DNA from: Deltaproteobacteria bacterium
GTDB taxonomy: Bacteria > Desulfobacterota > Dissulfuribacteria > Dissulfuribacterales > UBA3076
NCBI GenBank assembly: GCA_003194485.1
Contig: PQXD01000004.1
Coordinates: 90,822 to 154,821 of the forward strand
Length of the DNA stretch: 64,000 nucleotides
Direction of reading: 5' to 3'
Shown: piece after piece, positions 46,874 to 55,909 of the stretch
How positions within the stretch are numbered: the first letter of the stretch is position 1
Layout: each line of letters opens with the position of its first letter
Notes under the pieces: generated by a model
Told to the model about the DNA's origin: nothing
Seen by the model: only the letters and a program-made list of their open reading frames with translations
The model's database searches: none
Translations under genes and position numbers: made by a program

Positions 46874-47884
46874 TCACTGGACAAACGTGTCCGTGCACAG
46901 TTCCCTTAAGGCATCCAGCCCTTTTCTGTTTCCCAGGGCAACAAGTATGTCACCACTCTTTATAACATAGCCAGGATCCAGAGATAATATCATCTCGCCC
47001 CCGGATTGCTGAACTGCCAGGACCGTAACGCCCAGCTTCTGCCGCAGGGCAGCATCCAAGAGACTCACACCATCCAGCGATGACTTGAAAACTATTTCCA
47101 CCTGCTCGATAGCAAGATCAAGGGTGGACGAATGTACTGCCAGGTCCAGAAACTCTGTCACAGTAGGCTGAAGTACCGCAAGGGCCATGCGCCGTGCCCC
47201 TATCTCATATGGCGAGATTACCCGATCTGCCCCTGCCTGAATCATCATCTTTTCCGCATCGGCATCATCTGCTCTGGCCAGAATCAGCAAGCCCGGATTC
47301 AACGACCTGGCTGCAAGAGTGATGTACACGTTATACGCATCGGTACTTAATACGCAAACAATCCCTTTTGCACGCTCAATACCCGACTGAATCAGGATTT
47401 CATCATGGGTCGCATTGCCGGCTACATACAAAAAATCATTTTTCTCTATCTCCTGTATAGCAGCGGGATCATTTTCTATTACCACAAAGGGATACTTTCG
47501 CTCTTTAAATATCCTGCATATTGACGTTCCAATTCTTCCGTAACCACAGATAATAAAATGTTGTTTAAGCCTGGAAATGGTCTTTTCCATTTTCCTTTTC
47601 CCCAAGAGTCCCTTAAGATGCCCTTCTATAATTGCCTCTGCCAGTACCCCAAAGGCATAGAAAAAAAAACCTACACCCATGACGATCAGCAGGGCGGTAA
47701 ATATGCGCCCTGCCTGACTTAAAGGGTGGACCTCATTGTAACCGACAGTAGTCAATGATATGGTTGTCATGTAAATGGCGTCAAGGACATCCCAGCCCTC
47801 AATGATCACATAACCGGCGATGCCAAATATCCAGAGGCCGATGAGAAGTGCAGCTACTGTTAGTAGCCTGCGTTTGCCGTACAT
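46874..47884 (-). CDS. Two-TM potassium-channel-like protein with RCK (TrkA-N/TrkA-C) domains
   Basis: Pore region TTISLTTVGYNEV, then IICGYGRIG (Rossmann RCK) and a TrkA-C-like tail. Confidence 0.8.
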   Translation of the reverse strand: MYGKRRLLTVAALLIGLWIFGIAGYVIIEGWDVLDAIYMTTISLTTVGYNEVHPLSQAGRIFTALLIVMGVGFFFYAFGVLAEAIIEGHLKGLLGKRKMEKTISRLKQHFIICGYGRIGTSICRIFKERKYPFVVIENDPAAIQEIEKNDFLYVAGNATHDEILIQSGIERAKGIVCVLSTDAYNVYITLAARSLNPGLLILARADDADAEKMMIQAGADRVISPYEIGARRMALAVLQPTVTEFLDLAVHSSTLDLAIEQVEIVFKSSLDGVSLLDAALRQKLGVTVLAVQQSGGEMILSLDPGYVIKSGDILVALGNRKGLDALRELCTDTFVQ

Positions 47885-47890
47885 CCTTCC

Positions 47891-49576
47891 TTACTTCATG
47901 CGAACTGATCTTGAAAGGACCTTGCTGAAATTCCTTAATCCCAGCCGGTAATCAGGAGGCAGGTGCACATGGATAGCTCTAAACCTGGCATCAGAAAGGG
48001 CCTCGAAGTCTCCAACCGCCTGGGCAAATTGGATATGCCAGAAAGAGACACCGAAGTCCGGGATTACCGGATAGTCTTTTGCCCTTTTACGAGTAAAGAT
48101 CAAAAAAGCTGCGGAAGTCGGTCCGCCTTTGTAAATCTGGCCCGTAGAATGGAGATACCTCGGACCATAACCCATGGTAGTAGCGCATCCCTTCTCCTGT
48201 CTCACAAAATAGCGCATTTCCCCTACCATTGCTTCCATTTCCGGATCATAGGGCAGGTAAGGGAGAAATGCCAAATAGCCCCAGGTCGGCAGGACATGGA
48301 ACATGTCTCTCATGGCCCTTGAAAGGCTCTTCATGGATACAGCCAGCATCTCTGAAGTACGAAAATGAAGTTGACTATATGGATCTACCCAGAATTTTAT
48401 AGGCATCTTGCCTTCGGCGCGGTAGACATCGAGGATTGCTCCGGTCTTTTCCTTTGAACGCCTGACATCCGGCTCATCAAAGGGATTAACTGCCAGGAAG
48501 TGAGAGGCCAGGGCGGTCGCCATTTCCCACAGGAAGAACTGGGCCCCGAGATCATACAGATCTTCGAGCCACAACTCATAGACGGGGAATTGGGCCTCCC
48601 GCAGCTCTGACACAAACCCTTCCAAAGAGTCCTTTTCCGGAGCCCCTTTTACTCTCAGGTAGACAAAAATACGTTCTCCACCATAAAATCCAGGAATCCC
48701 GGTAGATTCGCCGATAATTGGAACCAGACCCCTGGTCTCTTTACCAGTACTCTCTGCCACAAGCTGTTCCAGCCAGAGGCCAAAGGCCTTGATGGGCAAA
48801 TCGGCCAGGATGGTCAGTTTGTCCCTGCCCTGAACACCGAATTCCCCTAAGAATTCTCCCAGCTTATACCCGGGATTTATATCGCATGGTATGTTAGGGC
48901 CGCATTTATTGACCATCTCTTCGGCCCTTTGAAGTATCCTGCCGATATCAATCCCCAGCAGGGCCGCCGGGACCAGACCGAAGTAAGAGATTGCTGAATA
49001 CCTTCCTCCTATGTCGGTGGGATTAAGAAAGATCTTCAAAAAACCACGCTCATTCCCGAGTTTTTCCAAGGGAGTTCCAGGGTCTGTAATAGCCACAAAG
49101 TGCGATCCGGGATCAGACAGCCCATTCTCCATTAATGGCCAAAAGTAATTAAACATGGCATTAGGTTCCAGCGTAGTACCGGATTTGCTGGCCATTAAAA
49201 ATAGTGTTGAGTTCCAGTCTTTATTCTGGACGACGTTCTCTATTTCGTCAGGGTCGGTGGTATCCAGCACCTTCAGTGCAGGGAATCCTTCTTGAGAGCC
49301 GAATATTTGACTCAAAACCAGGGGGCAGAGACTGGACCCTCCCATACCAAGCAGCACTATCTGCTTGATGCCTCGCTGCTTTATATCTTGCGCGAAATCT
49401 ACTATATCTCCTTTGGCCTCTCTCATCTTTGGAATAACATCCAGCCAGCCAAGACGATCTGTGATCTGCTTTTGAACTTCCGGGGCCTTGGCCCAAAGAG
49501 ACGGGTCCTTTTCCCAAAAACGAGAAAGTACAGCTTTTTTTTCAACATTTGACAGATGTGATGGACGATAAAACAC
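47891..49576 (-). CDS. pgi: Glucose-6-phosphate isomerase
   Basis: 561 aa. SIS-type VLLGMGGSSL, SKSGTTLEP and GGRYS motifs. GTG start preceded by GGAGAGGAGGA. Confidence 0.8.
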   Translation of the reverse strand: MFYRPSHLSNVEKKAVLSRFWEKDPSLWAKAPEVQKQITDRLGWLDVIPKMREAKGDIVDFAQDIKQRGIKQIVLLGMGGSSLCPLVLSQIFGSQEGFPALKVLDTTDPDEIENVVQNKDWNSTLFLMASKSGTTLEPNAMFNYFWPLMENGLSDPGSHFVAITDPGTPLEKLGNERGFLKIFLNPTDIGGRYSAISYFGLVPAALLGIDIGRILQRAEEMVNKCGPNIPCDINPGYKLGEFLGEFGVQGRDKLTILADLPIKAFGLWLEQLVAESTGKETRGLVPIIGESTGIPGFYGGERIFVYLRVKGAPEKDSLEGFVSELREAQFPVYELWLEDLYDLGAQFFLWEMATALASHFLAVNPFDEPDVRRSKEKTGAILDVYRAEGKMPIKFWVDPYSQLHFRTSEMLAVSMKSLSRAMRDMFHVLPTWGYLAFLPYLPYDPEMEAMVGEMRYFVRQEKGCATTMGYGPRYLHSTGQIYKGGPTSAAFLIFTRKRAKDYPVIPDFGVSFWHIQFAQAVGDFEALSDARFRAIHVHLPPDYRLGLRNFSKVLSRSVRMK

Positions 49577-49675
49577 CCGCGATCCTCCTCTCCACGATTC
49601 TTTAACCAGCCTTAATTGATTGTAGAACTCTAAGTCATATACCCCGGCGCTGCAAATAATTTATGCGGAATAAAT

Positions 49676-50078
49676 GTAAATATTCTTATGAACCCGTGGT
49701 CCCATGTGCGTAACCGTTCACAGGAAGGGGATATTTCTTTTCACTTCACACTTCAGCCCCTTGTTTTCTTAAGGCCTTTGACATGGGGTATGTCCTGCCC
49801 CCTCTGCATTCGCCTTACGCTGCGCTTAAGGCGATGCAGTTTCCCCCACAGCAAAAGCCGAGAAAACTACGGGGGCTTCCGTTAAACCGTTCAAAGAAAT
49901 ATCCCCTTCCTGTGAACGGTTGCCATCCGCGCCCTGCCGCAGGAGCGGTTTACCTTTTGCAGGGTTTCGATCGCGGGCCGGATTGCACTGCCTCTCCGGT
50001 CCGCGATGAGTGAGCTTTGAAACCCGGAAAAAGGTAACCGCTTCAAGGCAGGATATAACGGGTTCACCGAATATTTAC
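49676..50078 (+). mobile_element. O-element copy 5 (forward orientation) carrying one nested C-module
   Basis: Ends GTAAATATTCTTATGAACCC / GGGTTCACCGAATATTTAC. The module sits at the same internal position as in the other composites. It ends 46 nt before the 50124 start. Confidence 0.8.
49713..49920 (-). repeat. C-module copy I5 (arm type a, alternative apical hairpin)
   Basis: Its reverse complement matches 32423-32627 except for the apex (49804-49839), which has different stem sequences but the same loop (GCTGCGC at 49819-49825 is the reverse complement of GCGCAGC). Confidence 0.85.
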
Positions 50079-50123
50079 AGAAACAGTAGATTTTTTTCTT
50101 GCAGGACTTTATATTAATAAAAT

Positions 50124-50678
50124 ATGAAAATGTTATCAAAGGCCTTTAATCGGCTCCTGATTACCGTGTTTTTTATAAGTGCGTCAGTACTTCACGCAAA
50201 GGATGTAACTATGATCTTATCTTCTCCTGCATTTTCAGATGGTAAAAGGATACCGGTTGTCTATACCAGACCGGCTGTGGGCGGAAAAGATATCTCACCA
50301 CCTCTTACATGGTCGGGGATACCTGAAGGGACCAAATCCCTTGCATTGTCTGTAATAGATCCACATCCAGTGGCCAGAAACTGGGTCCACTGGATGGTAG
50401 TGGACATATCACCGGAGACAGAAGGTTTAGCAGAGGGGGCATCAGGAAAGATCATGCCGCAAAATTCCAGGGAAATCGTCAACTCCTTTGGAAAGCCGGG
50501 ATATGGAGGACCACAGCCCCCTTCCGGCACAGGTGATCACCCATATGTATTCACTCTCTATGCGCTGGACGTGGAAAGTCTCGATCTTCCTGAGGACGCC
50601 AGCCTGTCTTGGTTCCTTGAAAGGCTTCAGGGACACATACTGGCCGAGTCGAGCTTAACCGGTTACTTCGGCCGCTGA
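50124..50678 (+). CDS. YbhB/YbcL family phosphatidylethanolamine-binding (Raf kinase inhibitor-like) protein
   Basis: Signal peptide, then PPLTWSGIP, DPHP, HWMV and GYGGPQPPSGTGDHPYVFTLYALD. Confidence 0.85.
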   Translation: MKMLSKAFNRLLITVFFISASVLHAKDVTMILSSPAFSDGKRIPVVYTRPAVGGKDISPPLTWSGIPEGTKSLALSVIDPHPVARNWVHWMVVDISPETEGLAEGASGKIMPQNSREIVNSFGKPGYGGPQPPSGTGDHPYVFTLYALDVESLDLPEDASLSWFLERLQGHILAESSLTGYFGR

Positions 50679-50732
50679 TCTGTCAAGCACCTTGATTCTC
50701 AGATCAAACAGGATAGGAGTGAGATATCAAAC

Positions 50733-51032
50733 ATGACCGCAATAATTACCAAAGGCAAGAGCTCTCAAAGGCATGAGCACATATCTATCCATACTCGATT
50801 AAGCCCGCGCCTGGGGCATCGTATAATTTGTCCGCACTGCGGGAACGAATGGAACTTTTACCAAATAGCAGAGGAAGTAAAGCTCACTACACGGTATATC
50901 CAAAACGCCGACGGCAGTTTTACTCCCATTAGCGATGATTCCAGGATCCTGGGAGAAGTAAAACTTTACTGTGGAGAGTGCCAGGCAGACCTGAGTAAAT
51001 TCCATAACAGGTTTTTGGAGATGCTTTTTTGA
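50733..51032 (+). CDS. Small zinc-ribbon protein (99 aa), function unknown
   Basis: Two CxxC pairs (CPHC ... CGEC). The 3' end overlaps the next gene's TTG start by 4 nt. Confidence 0.5.
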   Translation: MTAIITKGKSSQRHEHISIHTRLSPRLGHRIICPHCGNEWNFYQIAEEVKLTTRYIQNADGSFTPISDDSRILGEVKLYCGECQADLSKFHNRFLEMLF

Positions 51033-51814
51033 ATCCTGACCGTCCTCCGCTCATCATTACAGACAATCGCTCTTTCAGAACACATCTTTCAGAGCTGTCT
51101 TCCGGAGACACAGTGGTCGGGTTATTGAACATCAAACCCACGGAGCAGGTCCTGTTCCTGGACCTTGTGGAGCGAGGTATCCGGCTGTTTCCTCCAGCAC
51201 TGGCCCAGCAACTAAGCAGGTCAAAGTGCTTGCAGGCCATGGTATACAGAGAGTATATGGTGCCCCATACATTTGTGGCCAGGGACCGCCACGACATGAT
51301 CAAACAAATAAATGTCTATGGCCGGGAAGAAATCGGACCGGTGGTTACCAAACAGGATCGCTTTAATTGCGGCCTTGGCGTGCACCTGTGGTCATCAATT
51401 GAAGAAGCTCACAATCAGGCGTGTTTTGGCTCTCTCAACTACCCCTTTGTTGTACAGCCTTATGTAGAGACAGCAATCGATGTGAGGGTCGTGATAATAG
51501 GAGATTATTCCGAGGCCTATTGGCGGCGCAACCCTCACTCCTTTCGTAATAACATGTTCTTCGGCGGAGATAGCGGCGAACACGAACTTTCATCTGATCA
51601 ATGGGACCTCTGCCGTAATGTAATGGAACGGGGAAGATTTCCCAATGCCCACATAGACCTGATGGTTACTACGGACGGAACCACTTATTTTGGTGAAATA
51701 AATCTCAGGGGAGGCCTGAAAGGGGCCAGGATCTCCGGGCCTGAATATCAGGAGCGGATAAAGGCTATGGAGAAAGCATTCGTTAAGTCCGTAAAAGAAG
51801 AAGAAAATGGATGA
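51029..51814 (+). CDS. ATP-grasp family protein (RimK-like ligase core)
   Basis: PVVTKQDRFNCGLGV, FVVQPYVE, DVRVVIIGD and YFGEINLRGG resemble the RimK/GshB ATP-grasp pattern. 261 aa. Confidence 0.6.
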   Translation: MNPDRPPLIITDNRSFRTHLSELSSGDTVVGLLNIKPTEQVLFLDLVERGIRLFPPALAQQLSRSKCLQAMVYREYMVPHTFVARDRHDMIKQINVYGREEIGPVVTKQDRFNCGLGVHLWSSIEEAHNQACFGSLNYPFVVQPYVETAIDVRVVIIGDYSEAYWRRNPHSFRNNMFFGGDSGEHELSSDQWDLCRNVMERGRFPNAHIDLMVTTDGTTYFGEINLRGGLKGARISGPEYQERIKAMEKAFVKSVKEEENG

Positions 51815-51824
51815 TATTCATCCG

Positions 51825-53531
51825 TCAGTCAGTGCTCATGCCGAATTGGCCAAGCGAATACAGAAAGCTCTCGCCCTTTCCGCCAGGCTTTTGGGCCGGC
51901 CGGGCAATTCCTGTTATCAGTTGATCTTGAACCGCAACAAGACCGCAGATGCTTGCATCAACAGGCTGCATCATTGATTTAAGGATATATTCCCCGTCCA
52001 CCCAACCAAGAAGCATAAGCCAGTCCCCTGCCAGGGCGCTTTTCTCTCCTGGCACCCCGGGAAACAGCAGTTCCGGTAGGCCGTTCCCATCCACATCAGC
52101 AGAAATAAACCATTTCGCAAAACCACCTGCCGGTAACTGCGGGGAAACCCGATTTGAGGAAGACCAGAGCAATTGTCCTGTCTCATAGATACAGAGTTTG
52201 CCGGCATAGTCAATCGTACAGATCTCTGTATCGCCATTCCCATTCAGGTCTGACCAGCTTGACCTGATTACGGAGAAATTCTTTGGGCATGCTATGCGAT
52301 CCCTATATTCAAGGCCCTCATTGCCGGGTTCCATAAGATAGACCTTTTGTCCAAACATGATACCGGCATCAAAACTCTGCCCCAGAAGCGATTCCTTTAA
52401 ACCATCTCCATCCCTGTCTACAAAGGCAAGCCACAAGTTTATCTCATCCTGTATCAGGTTAAGCGTAAGATCCTGATAGCTTAGCAGTATTGAACGCATG
52501 CCAGCTCCATACAGCAGTACATTCAGCGCTATCCATCCATGAGTTTTTACAGCAGAAAAACCGACCGGGTGCCCAGGTCCGCCAAACCGGTGAGAGGCAA
52601 GCTCTCCCGTACTTCCATAGCGGGCAACATACAGGCCTGACGGCAAAAGATATATTATCTCAAGCTTACCGTCTCCATCAAGGTCAATGATATCAACCTG
52701 GATCGCGCTTTCTGGAAGACGTCCTACAAGACGCGCATTGCCCAAATCAAATGACCTGATGTATGTCTTGAGTTTTCGGCCCCCCATATCATACCGGTGT
52801 TCCGCATGATCTGCTTCTTCAAAGATATCTGTACCGCACTTCCGTCTTTCAGTGTCCTCTGTTCTAAAAACAGGATACTCATGCAAGAGGGCCAGATCAG
52901 GACCATAGACCTTTAATCCCTCCTGCTCTAAGGCAAAGAGTAAAACAATACCCAGTGTCTTCATTGACTGGGGATCCAGCACATCGGAAGGGACATCAGA
53001 AGGATCCAGCCAGACAAGATCCGGAAAGGTCTGTTCCAAGTCCCGGCGAAACTCATGGGCCGGTCCAAGACATGATCTGACCACAAAGGCCGCTGCCATG
53101 TCGCTATAGCGCATTGCAGGCTGCCCCACGCTCAAGGGTCCCTGGGCAGATAATACTTCACATACAGATTCGCCATCTTCAGGTCGTGTTACTCGAATGG
53201 TCGCCAGCGGTTTCTTAATATAACCAATTATCTCACCGTTATCGGGGTCAAGAACCTGGGTCCCTTTGCCATATACCTCAAAAAGATCCCCTGTGTTCAC
53301 ACCATGGTTCCTCCCCCTGTCCAGTATCAAGGAGTATCCGGATACTCCCGCAACCGAAGCAGATAGCGGAGCGAAGTCTTTTAACAGTTGATCGTATGAA
53401 TATACAGGATATGATCCGGAATAACCTGAGACAGCCTGCAAAAGGACACAGGGAATTGAAAACGCGATAATCATTGCGTAGCAAAGGGTCTTACCAGAAT
53501 AATTTGACACAACAGAACCTATTGGATTCAA
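51825..53531 (-). CDS. FG-GAP/VCBS repeat-containing exported protein
   Basis: Repeated DxDGDG-type calcium-binding loops: DLDGDGKLEI, DRDGDGLKES, DLNGNGDTEI, DVDGNGLPEL. The real start is possibly ATG 53474 (MIIAFSIPCVLLQAVSG). Confidence 0.75.
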   Translation of the reverse strand: MNPIGSVVSNYSGKTLCYAMIIAFSIPCVLLQAVSGYSGSYPVYSYDQLLKDFAPLSASVAGVSGYSLILDRGRNHGVNTGDLFEVYGKGTQVLDPDNGEIIGYIKKPLATIRVTRPEDGESVCEVLSAQGPLSVGQPAMRYSDMAAAFVVRSCLGPAHEFRRDLEQTFPDLVWLDPSDVPSDVLDPQSMKTLGIVLLFALEQEGLKVYGPDLALLHEYPVFRTEDTERRKCGTDIFEEADHAEHRYDMGGRKLKTYIRSFDLGNARLVGRLPESAIQVDIIDLDGDGKLEIIYLLPSGLYVARYGSTGELASHRFGGPGHPVGFSAVKTHGWIALNVLLYGAGMRSILLSYQDLTLNLIQDEINLWLAFVDRDGDGLKESLLGQSFDAGIMFGQKVYLMEPGNEGLEYRDRIACPKNFSVIRSSWSDLNGNGDTEICTIDYAGKLCIYETGQLLWSSSNRVSPQLPAGGFAKWFISADVDGNGLPELLFPGVPGEKSALAGDWLMLLGWVDGEYILKSMMQPVDASICGLVAVQDQLITGIARPAQKPGGKGESFLYSLGQFGMSTD

Positions 53532-53532
53532 T

Positions 53533-53562
53533 AAAAAAAGCCCTCACCTTTTGGCAAGGGCT
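53533..53562 (-). terminator. Rho-independent terminator of dsrC
   Basis: The minus strand reads AGCCCTTGCCAAAAGGTGAGGGCT followed by T7 (plus-strand A run at 53533-53539). Confidence 0.75.
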
Positions 53563-53603
53563 CATCAGTAACCCGGATCGCCTTACGACGAAAGGATTAA
53601 AGC

Positions 53604-53924
53604 CTATACGCAACCAGTCGGCTTCGGAAGGCCAGCCATCTTACAGGCCCCCTTACCAGGACCGGATGGAAAGAGTTCATAGACTTTCTTTAAGGAAAAG
53701 CCGGTCACTTTCGAAAGAATACGTACCATGGGTGCGATGCCGTTCTTCTTGTAGTAGTCCTGGAGCACATTTACAATTTTCCAGTGTTCATCAGTTAATT
53801 CCTCAATACCCTCTGTCGATTTCACATAGTCAACCCACGTACGGTCCCATACGTCAATTCCCCCCAGGAGAAAACCGTCCTCGTCAACTTCGTATTTTTG
53901 CCCTCCAAATTCAATTTCCGCCAT
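53604..53924 (-). CDS. dsrC: DsrC (TusE/DsrC/DsvC family sulfur-relay protein)
   Basis: 106 aa ending GACKMAGLPKPTGCV, with both conserved C-terminal-arm cysteines. AAGGAGG SD. Has its own AT-rich upstream region and terminator. Confidence 0.9.
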   Translation of the reverse strand: MAEIEFGGQKYEVDEDGFLLGGIDVWDRTWVDYVKSTEGIEELTDEHWKIVNVLQDYYKKNGIAPMVRILSKVTGFSLKKVYELFPSGPGKGACKMAGLPKPTGCV

Positions 53925-54160
53925 ATCGTCCTCCTTAAATTAATTTACATAATTACAAGCAGCATGGCATCTCCATGCATAAAAATATATTGTGCAGAAT
54001 CCATACTATAACATAAAATTTTTGTCAAGAAATCCTGGCGCAACTTTCATACAAAAACTTTTCGCAAGGTATTTTTCCATGATTAGAGATAGTTATGCCA
54101 AAAAAACTACTTAAATATCTCCTGAACAAGAAAAATAAATCCATTAAATTTGCACTCAAG

Positions 54161-55885
54161 CTAAGATTGAAGTTCCTGCATCTTATCTCTGGCCCAGCTC
54201 AGGTCCGGATCTAACTCAAGGGCCATCTCGTACCAGGTGATTGCCGCCTCCTTCATGTTCATATGCTGGAGGTTGCTGGCTATATTGGCATAATCTATTG
54301 CAGATCCCGGGTCGATAGATATTGCCTGCTCAAAGGCCTCTATTGCCTTGAGGTGTTCTCCTGCACGATAGAAGCAATATCCGAGGAGGTTGTGGATCTC
54401 CTTGAGCTCCGGATTCGAGTCCCTGGCACCCTCAAGCTCTTTAATTGCCCTGGGAAAGTCCTCCAATTCCTTATAGCATAACCCCCGGTGACAATAGATG
54501 CTTGCCACTTCCTCAGGGGCAGGATTGAGCTGAAGTGCCTTGTTATACCATTTAAGCGCCTCTCTATAATCCCCAAGCTGTTCATGTACATGTCCGGTAT
54601 AAAAGGCTATATCAAACCGTTGCGGGTACAGATCATCTATGGCAGCCAATACAGATAACGCCTTTTGTGGATGCTCTATCGAGTCGACCAGGCGGGCACA
54701 ATGAAATGCTACATCAAGATTTCTGGTGCGGTCCCTGAAGTGATTACCTGGGACCACCGCATATACTGCGGGAACACCCAACTCAGGGTGTGTAATGTCC
54801 ACCAGATATGCCCTTAAGCCGACGTCTGCCAGGGCCTTGCACAGCCCTTCGACCTCCTGCCTGAAATTTTCAGAGCTACAATTCGGCATTGATTCTACAG
54901 AGACTCGAAAGGGTTCATCAAGCACGTATGAGGCCTCATCCAGATTGGAAAATTTAGGAAGTCCGCTCTCTACATACTCACCTTCTCTGTCGAAGTCTCC
55001 GGCCAGCTGCGCTACCTCTGTGAGCGCCCTTATTACTGCCCGCTGAGGATCAGGAGCTGTCCCGGCAGTGTATACTATTTCGCTCCTGGATGGAAAAGTC
55101 GATGTATCCCATGCAATGGCTCCGACCGTAGGAATGCCGAGATCGAGAGAAAAATCTTTCAGTATCAGCTCTATGTTCAGTCGATGGAATTTGGCCAGAA
55201 GCTCTCTGGCCACAGGATTTTTAATGGTATTAAGCTCTATGGTCGGGGTAGACAACTTTTCATGAGTAATGACGGAACAGACATGACGTTCAACTACCTC
55301 CGAAAGGGCCTGGACGGCCGCCTCTTCAAATGAATTCCCTGAAGCTGAGCCATTATATTCGTTTAAAAGCCAAAACCAAAAGAAAGGGAGCCTGAACTCT
55401 CTTCCGACTGTCGGGCAATATGCCTTTACCCAATCAAAGACCATGGTCTCAATCAAGCCATCGGCCTTTGAGACAGTATCTTCATCCCGGCCTTTGAGAT
55501 GTAAGGCCTTAAGCATATCCTCAAGAGGCACTGCATCGGCCTCAAGGTCCATACGCCTGCAACGCATACGTTTCCTGTTTTTCACGAAGTCAAAAAGGCT
55601 GAAGCGTTCTACCAACTCCATCACAGCACTTGCCTCTGCCTGGGCAGGAGTGGCACCCTTGCCCATTTGCCTGATTGTGCCGGTCAGATGGCTTGCAGAT
55701 GGGCAATACCTGCTTGTGTAAACCGGTATTCCGAGCCTGCCTTTATCCACACGTTCGGTATACTGAAGAATGGGTACTCCCAGGATGTTAAGCCGGTCCC
55801 GGATCCATTCCAGGGTCTCATCTGCCGGCCTCACTTTATCAAGGGCACTGCCTGGTTCTTTAAAACTGTCTTTTAAAAATTCCAT
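54161..55885 (-). CDS. ycaO: YcaO-like protein with C-terminal TPR domain
   Basis: GKGATPAQAEASAVMELVERFS is a YcaO signature. The C-terminal ~180 aa are TPR repeats (AFYTGHVHEQLGDYREALKWYNKALQLNP...). Confidence 0.8.
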   Translation of the reverse strand: MEFLKDSFKEPGSALDKVRPADETLEWIRDRLNILGVPILQYTERVDKGRLGIPVYTSRYCPSASHLTGTIRQMGKGATPAQAEASAVMELVERFSLFDFVKNRKRMRCRRMDLEADAVPLEDMLKALHLKGRDEDTVSKADGLIETMVFDWVKAYCPTVGREFRLPFFWFWLLNEYNGSASGNSFEEAAVQALSEVVERHVCSVITHEKLSTPTIELNTIKNPVARELLAKFHRLNIELILKDFSLDLGIPTVGAIAWDTSTFPSRSEIVYTAGTAPDPQRAVIRALTEVAQLAGDFDREGEYVESGLPKFSNLDEASYVLDEPFRVSVESMPNCSSENFRQEVEGLCKALADVGLRAYLVDITHPELGVPAVYAVVPGNHFRDRTRNLDVAFHCARLVDSIEHPQKALSVLAAIDDLYPQRFDIAFYTGHVHEQLGDYREALKWYNKALQLNPAPEEVASIYCHRGLCYKELEDFPRAIKELEGARDSNPELKEIHNLLGYCFYRAGEHLKAIEAFEQAISIDPGSAIDYANIASNLQHMNMKEAAITWYEMALELDPDLSWARDKMQELQS

Positions 55886-55909
55886 AATCTCATGGTTTCC
55901 GAACCTGGA

